Origin: Myxococcales bacterium
Lineage (GTDB): Bacteria > Myxococcota_A > UBA9042 > JABWCM01 > BTVJ01
Reading direction: 5' to 3'
Assembly: GCA_045863395.1 (NCBI GenBank)
Contig: BTVJ01000011.1
Span: forward strand, 94,503-158,502
Length of the DNA stretch: 64,000 nucleotides
Shown: positions 56,216 through 64,000 of the stretch, one piece after another
Layout: each line of letters opens with the position of its first letter
How positions within the stretch are numbered: position 1 is the stretch's first letter
Position numbers and translations under genes: made by a program
The notes under the pieces: generated by a model
Told to the model about the DNA's origin: nothing
Databases searched by the model: none
Seen by the model: only the letters and a program-made list of their open reading frames with translations

Positions 56216-57382
56216 TCAGCCGCACTCTCCAGACCAGCAGGTGCCCGAGCAGCACTCGTCGTCCTCTTCGCAGCCCGCGCCGTCACTCAGGCAGGAGCCG
56301 GCAGAGCCTCCGCCGCCTGAGCCTCCGCCGTCTCCTCCGCCGCCTGAGCCTCCGCCGTCTCCTCCGCCGCTGGAGCCTCCGCCGTCTCCTCCGCCGCTGG
56401 AGCCTCCGCCCGCGCCGCTGCTCGTGCACAGGTTCCAGGCGGTGGCGACGCACGCTGTGGCGCTGTTGCCGTTGTTGGCCTGGATGGCCGCGCAGACGCC
56501 GCCGCTGGCGCAGGTGTCGCCCACCGTCACGTTGTTGAGCGACTTGCACTCGGCGATGCACTTGCACGTGCCATCGCCGAACTTGATGAAGAAGCCGTCG
56601 GGGCAGTTCGTGGGCGCCGCGGAGTTGCAGTCCGCGCCCCAGGTGGACATGTCGCCGGACACCACGGCGTGGTCGCCGAGCGAGAAGTCGCCGTTGCAGG
56701 CGGACCCACCGCCGCTGCCCCCACCGCTGCCGCCACCCGCACCGCCCCCGCCAGCGCCACCACCCGAGCCATCTCCGCCGGTGCCACCACCCGAGCCGCT
56801 CCCGCCGGCGCCACTGCCGTCGCCGCTCCCGTTCGAGGCGGGGTACTGGCACGTCCCCGCATAGCTGACCGTTCCGCCGGCTCCGCTTGCGCCGGCTCCG
56901 CCTGCCCCGCTCCCCGTGCCTGCGCCCCCGGTGGGGTCGCCGCCGCCCGTGCCCCCGGACCCGTCGCCGAAGTCGCCCGGTCCGTCGCCGAAGTCGCCCG
57001 GTCCGTCGCCGAAGTCGCCAAAGTCGTCCCCCGGGTCGGCGCCGAACTCGTCACCGCCCCCGAAGTCATCGCCACCGTCCGGAAAGTCGGGGAAGCCCGG
57101 GACGCTGCCGCCGCTCCCTCCTCCGCCATCGCCGCCATCGCCGCCATCGCCGCCCTGGCCCCCACCTCCGAGGCCGCCGGTCGGGTCGGTGCTGCCGGCG
57201 CCGCCCGCGCCCCCGCCTCCGCCACTGATGACGCAGGTCTGGCCTTGGCCGCACTCGGCGCTCGTGTTGCACGGCGTCGCGGACGTGAACCCGCCGCCCC
57301 CCTTGTTCTCGTCGCACCCCACGGCGAAGCCGACGAGCACGACCAAGGCCCCGCTCAGCTTCACCAGAACGCGCCTGCGCAT
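56216..57382 (-). CDS. Gly-rich, Cys-rich lipoprotein
   Basis: Lipobox AVGC; small Cys modules separated by poly-Gly and GDFGDGP repeats; RBS AAGGAGG. Confidence 0.8.
   Translation of the reverse strand: MRRRVLVKLSGALVVLVGFAVGCDENKGGGGFTSATPCNTSAECGQGQTCVISGGGGGAGGAGSTDPTGGLGGGGQGGDGGDGGDGGGGSGGSVPGFPDFPDGGDDFGGGDEFGADPGDDFGDFGDGPGDFGDGPGDFGDGSGGTGGGDPTGGAGTGSGAGGAGASGAGGTVSYAGTCQYPASNGSGDGSGAGGSGSGGGTGGDGSGGGAGGGGAGGGSGGGSGGGSACNGDFSLGDHAVVSGDMSTWGADCNSAAPTNCPDGFFIKFGDGTCKCIAECKSLNNVTVGDTCASGGVCAAIQANNGNSATACVATAWNLCTSSGAGGGSSGGGDGGGSSGGGDGGGSGGGGDGGGSGGGGSAGSCLSDGAGCEEDDECCSGTCWSGECG
56304..56410 (-). repeat. 27-bp coding tandem repeats (GGGDGGGSS/G)
   Basis: Units start at 56319, 56346 and 56373, with partial flanking copies. 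Confidence 0.85.
56961..57019 (-). repeat. 21-bp coding tandem repeats (GDFGDGP)
   Basis: CCGTCGCCGAAGTCGCCCGGT twice plus a partial copy. Confidence 0.85.
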
Positions 57383-57435
57383 GGCTGCCTCCTTGAAATC
57401 GGCCTCCGGGGCGACCGTCGCCCGGCAATCGGCGC

Positions 57436-57464
57436 CGTTTACCGCTCGGAGTCTGGGATGTCAA
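57436..57464 (-). promoter_or_regulatory. Possible sigma70 promoter of the Gly-rich lipoprotein
   Basis: TTGACA-17 bp-TAAACG. Confidence 0.45.
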
Positions 57465-57635
57465 CATGAACCGTGAGCAGTGCGGGAGGCGGCCCGCACC
57501 TGCCCGGGAGGCCCTGCCACTGGGCTTGCTTCGCCGGGCGATGTGGGCTAATCAGCACCGCACCGCGAGCGATCATGCTCCGGCCCGCCCCGCTCGGGGC
57601 GCCCCATGGATGCTCGGTCCCGGAGTGAGGTGACC

Positions 57636-58253
57636 ATGAACGCTTCGTCCACGCACCACACACAGACAGGGTGGCCCACCTCCGGCGTCCTGGCGGACGC
57701 GCTCCTGCCGTCGAGCCGCGCCATGGACGCGGTCCTGGTCCTCGGAGGCGTCCTCCTCGTCGCCGCCGCCGCTCAGGTCCAGCTCCCCCTCGGCTTCACG
57801 CCCGTGCCCATCTCCGGTCAGACCTTCGGGGTCGCCCTGGTGGGGGCGGGCCTGGGCGCCCGCCGCGGTGCCCTGTCGCTGCTGCTCTACCTGGCGGCTG
57901 GAGTGGTGGGCATGCCGTTCTTCAGCGGCGGCGCAGCGGGCGCGTCCCACCTGATGGCGCCGACCGCCGGCTACCTGGTGGGCTTCATCCCCGCGGCCGC
58001 GCTGATCGGCGCGCTGTGCGAGCGGCGGGCGGACCGCAGCCCGTGGCGCGCCTTCCTCGCCATGCAGGCCGGCAGCCTCGTCGTGTTCACCTGCGGCGTG
58101 ACCTGGCTGGCCATCTCGCTCGGCGTGGGCCCCGCGCGCGCCCTGGAGCTGGGCTGGCTCCCGTTCCTACCGGGCGACCTGATCAAGACGGCGCTGGCGG
58201 CGGGCATCCTCCCCGCGGCGTGGGCGCTCCTCCCCCGGCGCCCCCTCGCCTGA
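57636..58253 (+). CDS. bioY: Biotin transporter BioY
   Basis: TPVPISGQTFGV, LGARRG, YL..G..GMPFF, PTAGYLVGF, PFLPGDLIK. Confidence 0.95.
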   Translation: MNASSTHHTQTGWPTSGVLADALLPSSRAMDAVLVLGGVLLVAAAAQVQLPLGFTPVPISGQTFGVALVGAGLGARRGALSLLLYLAAGVVGMPFFSGGAAGASHLMAPTAGYLVGFIPAAALIGALCERRADRSPWRAFLAMQAGSLVVFTCGVTWLAISLGVGPARALELGWLPFLPGDLIKTALAAGILPAAWALLPRRPLA

Positions 58254-58310
58254 GCCCCCCCCCGAGAGCCCGCCCGGCGCCCCTGCCTTGCGCTCGCCCC
58301 CGCTCCCCCG

Positions 58311-60560
<2,250 letters not shown>

Positions 60561-60838
60561 GGCGAAACCTCCCTGCGGCCCTTGCCGCCTGATGACCCGC
60601 GGGGTGGCGCACACCGCCCCGAAGCGGCCCAACCATGCTCCCGGGTGCCCTCGGTTGTAAAGCTCGTGGGCCAGCCCGCGACGCGCCGGTTACGGACGAG
60701 CGACGAGCAGGCCGCCTGCCATGGACGCATCGCCCGCGCTTGCCTCGGGTGAGAAGGTCCACGATACTCCGGCGGAGTCCCGCCCAGGTCGAGCGCACCT
60801 CGCACCGTGAGAGGGCCCGGGCTTCGTGGAGGAGCGGC

Positions 60839-61762
60839 ATGAGGCGACTATCGGCATGGGCGCTGGCGGGCATCCTCGCCACACCGGCTGCGGTGGCGCA
60901 GCCCGCAGACGTCCAGACCCTCATCGACCGCGCCACGGAGGACTTCCGCGCCGGCCGCTACGACGCCTCGCGGGCGCTGTTCGAGGAGGCGTGGCGCAAG
61001 ACCAGCGACAACCGCCTCCTCTACATGATCGGCCGCTGCCACGAGGAGCTGGGCGAGCTGCCCGCCGCAGTGGAGGCCTTCGAGCGCTTCCTGGTGGGTG
61101 AGGCGCCGCCGGACGCCCGGGAGAAAGGCCTGGAGCACCTCCGCGCCGTCCGGGAGCGCATGGCCACGGGTACGCTTCGGGTGGACGTGCAGCCGCAGCA
61201 GGCGCAGGTGTTCGTCGATGGCGTCCTTGCGGGGACCGGCCCCGTGGTGGAGCTGAAGGTCCAGGCGGGCGACCGCACCGTCGAGGTGCGCGCGGAGGGC
61301 TTCACCACCACGACCCGCCAGGTGGCGGTGCCAGGCTCCGGCAGCGCCGTGGTGGCCGTCGCGCTGGCGCAGGTGGTCACGGCGCCCACACCCCCGCCGG
61401 TGGTGGTCACCACTCCCGTTGACACCGGCCCGGAGCTCTCCCCTTGGGGTTGGGGCCTCCTCGGTGGGGGCGCGGCGCTTCTGGTGGGCGGCTCGGTCCT
61501 CTACGGGCTCGGAGAGGCGGACCACAGCTCCATCGAGGACGCGGCCAGCCCGGGTGGTGGCCCCCCGTCCATGACCCGCGCGCGCGCCCTCGAGCTGGAG
61601 CAGCGGGGCGACGACCTGAAGCTCGGTGGTGCCGTCCTCTGGGGCCTCGGCGGCGCGGCGGCGGTCGGCGCCGTGACGCTCCTCATCCTGGACGCCACCG
61701 ACGAGCCGCCCGTCTCGGTCGGCGCCGGGGCCGACGGCCTGTGGGTGTTCGGCACGTTCTGA
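60839..61762 (+). CDS. TPR + PEGA domain protein
   Basis: Signal peptide, LLYMIGRCHEELG TPR, GTLRVDVQP..VFVDG PEGA, hydrophobic C-terminus ending GTF. Confidence 0.85.
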   Translation: MRRLSAWALAGILATPAAVAQPADVQTLIDRATEDFRAGRYDASRALFEEAWRKTSDNRLLYMIGRCHEELGELPAAVEAFERFLVGEAPPDAREKGLEHLRAVRERMATGTLRVDVQPQQAQVFVDGVLAGTGPVVELKVQAGDRTVEVRAEGFTTTTRQVAVPGSGSAVVAVALAQVVTAPTPPPVVVTTPVDTGPELSPWGWGLLGGGAALLVGGSVLYGLGEADHSSIEDAASPGGGPPSMTRARALELEQRGDDLKLGGAVLWGLGGAAAVGAVTLLILDATDEPPVSVGAGADGLWVFGTF

Positions 61763-61765
61763 AGC

Positions 61766-63475
61766 CTACGCCTCGGGCGGGAACACCACCACCCGGCGAA
61801 ACGGCTCCTTTCCCCGCGAGGACGACGTGAGGTTGGCGCGGGCGACCCGCTCGTGCTGGACGCGACGCATCGCGGAGCTGCGCGGCGGCAGCTCCACGCT
61901 CTCGCCGCTGTCGGCGACCTGGGCGATGGCCTCGTCCACCTCGGCGATGGCCTCCAGGCCCTCCGGGTCCTCACCACCGGCGCCTTGGCGCACCAGCTCC
62001 TGCACCGCCCGCTGGATCTGCATCAGTGTGTTCGCCTTGACGATGACCGTCGGCATGGAGCGGGCCTGGGCGTCACGCAGGACGCGCCCGGCGCTCTTCA
62101 TGTAGGCCTTGAGCACCATGACGGCGTCTGCGTCGTCCATGGTCCGCGCCACCCGCAGCGGCGCCCCCAGCTCCCGAACGATGCGCTCCACCTGGGCCCG
62201 GCTGACCGCGTAGGGATAGACCCGGAGGCGGCGGTCGCGGCTGCTGGCGCCATCCCGGTGGGCGTCCCGGTCCTCGTCCTCTCTCACCGCGGCCCGCTGC
62301 AGCGTGACCTGGCTGACCTCCACGTCCCCACCTTCTCCGACCAGGCGCAGCTCGGGGCTGGCGGGGCGGTGCCGGAGCATCGCGTCCACCGTCTCGCCGA
62401 CGTCCCGGTGGATCAGGAACCGGTCGCGGTCCTGCAGCTCGATGGCGATGTCGAAGGTCGGCGGCGCCTTCCGCTCCAGGATGGACTTCTGGGTGTTTCG
62501 CCGTCGCGCCTCCTCGTCGGAAAGCGTCACGGTCTGGATGCCCCCCAGCAGGTCGGACAGGGTGGGGTTCATCAACAGGTTCTCGAGCGACGTCCCGTGC
62601 GCCGTGCCCACGAGCTGCACCCCCCGCTCCGCGATGGTGCGCGCCGCCGCCGCCTCGGCCTCCGTGCCGATCTCGTCGATGACGATGACCTCGGGCATGT
62701 GGTTCTCGACGGCCTCGATCATCACCGCGTGCTGCGCCGCCGGACGCGCCACCTGCATGCGCCGCGCCCGGCCGATGCCCGGGTGGGGCACGTCTCCGTC
62801 CCCCGCGATCTCGTTGGACGTGTCGATGACCACCACGCGCTTCTTCAGGTCGTCGGCCAGGACCCGCGCCATCTCCCGCAGGATGGTGGTCTTCCCCACC
62901 CCGGGGCGCCCCAGGATCAGGATGCTGTCGCCAGACTCCACCAGGTCGCGGATCACCTCCACCGTCCCGTACACCGCCCGCCCCACGCGGCAGGTCAGCC
63001 CGATGACCGCCCCCTGCCGGTTGCGCATGGCGCTGATGCGGTGGAGCGTCCGCTCGATGCCCGCCCGGTTGTCCTCGGTGAAGGAGCCCACCCGCTCGGT
63101 GACCCACTCCAGATCCTCGCGGCTCACGACGTCGGACCCGAGGTCCACCCCGCCCTCCGGGAGGCGCGCCTCGGGCACGCGCCCCAGGTCGAGCACCACC
63201 TCCAGCAGCTCGTCGAGGCGCCCGAGCGCCCGCAGCCGCTCCACGATGCGCCCGGGGAGGATGGCGAGGAGCCCCTCCACGTCGTCGGTCACGCGCTGCT
63301 CGGTCACGGGCCTGGGTGCGGGAGGGTTCCAGCCCACGGGTGCTCCTGTCTCTCGGGGGACCGGCTGCCCGGGGTCGGCGGCTCGCAGCCTCCCCTGGAG
63401 CCCGTCGACGCGGTCGGCCATCTGCCTGAGCCGCCCCCCGACGCGGCCGATGACCCGCCCAAGTCGCGCGACCAT
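61766..63475 (-). CDS. Ycf45/SpoIIIAA-like AAA ATPase with R3H domain
   Basis: GRPGVGKT, DTSNEIAGDG, ENHMPEVIVIDEIG, C-terminal RRVQH (R3H). Confidence 0.92.
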   Translation of the reverse strand: MVARLGRVIGRVGGRLRQMADRVDGLQGRLRAADPGQPVPRETGAPVGWNPPAPRPVTEQRVTDDVEGLLAILPGRIVERLRALGRLDELLEVVLDLGRVPEARLPEGGVDLGSDVVSREDLEWVTERVGSFTEDNRAGIERTLHRISAMRNRQGAVIGLTCRVGRAVYGTVEVIRDLVESGDSILILGRPGVGKTTILREMARVLADDLKKRVVVIDTSNEIAGDGDVPHPGIGRARRMQVARPAAQHAVMIEAVENHMPEVIVIDEIGTEAEAAAARTIAERGVQLVGTAHGTSLENLLMNPTLSDLLGGIQTVTLSDEEARRRNTQKSILERKAPPTFDIAIELQDRDRFLIHRDVGETVDAMLRHRPASPELRLVGEGGDVEVSQVTLQRAAVREDEDRDAHRDGASSRDRRLRVYPYAVSRAQVERIVRELGAPLRVARTMDDADAVMVLKAYMKSAGRVLRDAQARSMPTVIVKANTLMQIQRAVQELVRQGAGGEDPEGLEAIAEVDEAIAQVADSGESVELPPRSSAMRRVQHERVARANLTSSSRGKEPFRRVVVFPPEA

Positions 63476-63479
63476 GGGG

Positions 63480-64000
63480 TCAGCTCTCGACGAAGCTCTT
63501 GAGCTTCTTGCAGCGGCTCGGGTGCCGCAGCTTGCGCAGCGCCTTCGCCTCGATCTGCCGGATGCGCTCGCGGGTGACGTAGAAGTCCTGCCCGACCTCC
63601 TCCAGCGTGTGGTCGCTCTTCTCGCCGATACCGAAGCGCATGCGGAGGACCTTCTCTTCCCGCGGCGTCAGCGTGGCGAGGATCTTGCGGGTCTGCTCCT
63701 GGAGGTTGACGTTGATCACCGCCTCCGACGGGCTGACGACCTGCTTGTCCTCGATGAAGTCCCCGAGGTGGCTGTCCTCCTCCTCGCCGATGGGCGTCTC
63801 CAGCGAGATGGGCTCCTTCGCGATCTTGAGGACCTTGCGGATCTTGTCGATGGGCATCTCCATCTTGTCCGCGATCTCCTCCGGCGTCGGCTCCCGCCCC
63901 AGCTCCTGCACCAGGTAGCGGCTCGTGCGGATCAGCTTGTTGATGGTCTCGATCATGTGGACCGGGATGCGGATGGTCCGCGCCTGGTCCGCGATGGCGC
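63480..64000 (-). CDS. rpoD: RNA polymerase primary sigma factor RpoD (3' part, truncated by the window edge)
   Basis: [63 protein letters not shown]. Confidence 0.97.
   Translation of the reverse strand, partial: AIADQARTIRIPVHMIETINKLIRTSRYLVQELGREPTPEEIADKMEMPIDKIRKVLKIAKEPISLETPIGEEEDSHLGDFIEDKQVVSPSEAVINVNLQEQTRKILATLTPREEKVLRMRFGIGEKSDHTLEEVGQDFYVTRERIRQIEAKALRKLRHPSRCKKLKSFVES

Overview
Very GC-rich bacterial DNA, most likely Myxococcota (inferred from gene content). A Myxococcus/Francisella-like type VI secretion locus is split into two convergent blocks. The left block (1-8.5 kb) holds a stand-alone VgrG beta-helix spike, tssF, tssG, an IglI/TssA-like gene and an unusual VgrG-hub operon. 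The right block (43-52.6 kb) holds clpB/V, tssM, a TssJ-like lipoprotein, a degenerate adenylate-forming-enzyme gene, tssL and a DUF4280 PAAR-like gene. An orphan VgrG hub sits at 23.5-25.1 kb. Between the blocks are two Trk/Ktr K+ uptake operons with sigma54 promoters that share an enhancer, a KinB/AlgB-like two-component pair, rsbW/rsbV, and an ~17 kb defence-like island (TPR-S-patatin, three TIR genes, DUF4071, ImmA-PIN, Uma2, HD-NTase, phd-vapC). The right end carries a PP2C phosphatase, a Ser/Thr kinase, a cNMP protein, bioY, maeB, a PEGA protein, a ycf45-like ATPase and the 3' part of rpoD. The best candidates for novelty are (1) a VgrG hub ending in 11-residue alpha-helical repeats, co-encoded with two helical partner proteins, and (2) a TIR/ThsB module flanked by two genes sharing a TPR-S (DUF4071) domain, one fused to patatin. 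I saw no CRISPR array, tRNA/rRNA, integrase or transposase. All family calls are from motif recognition by eye, not database searches.
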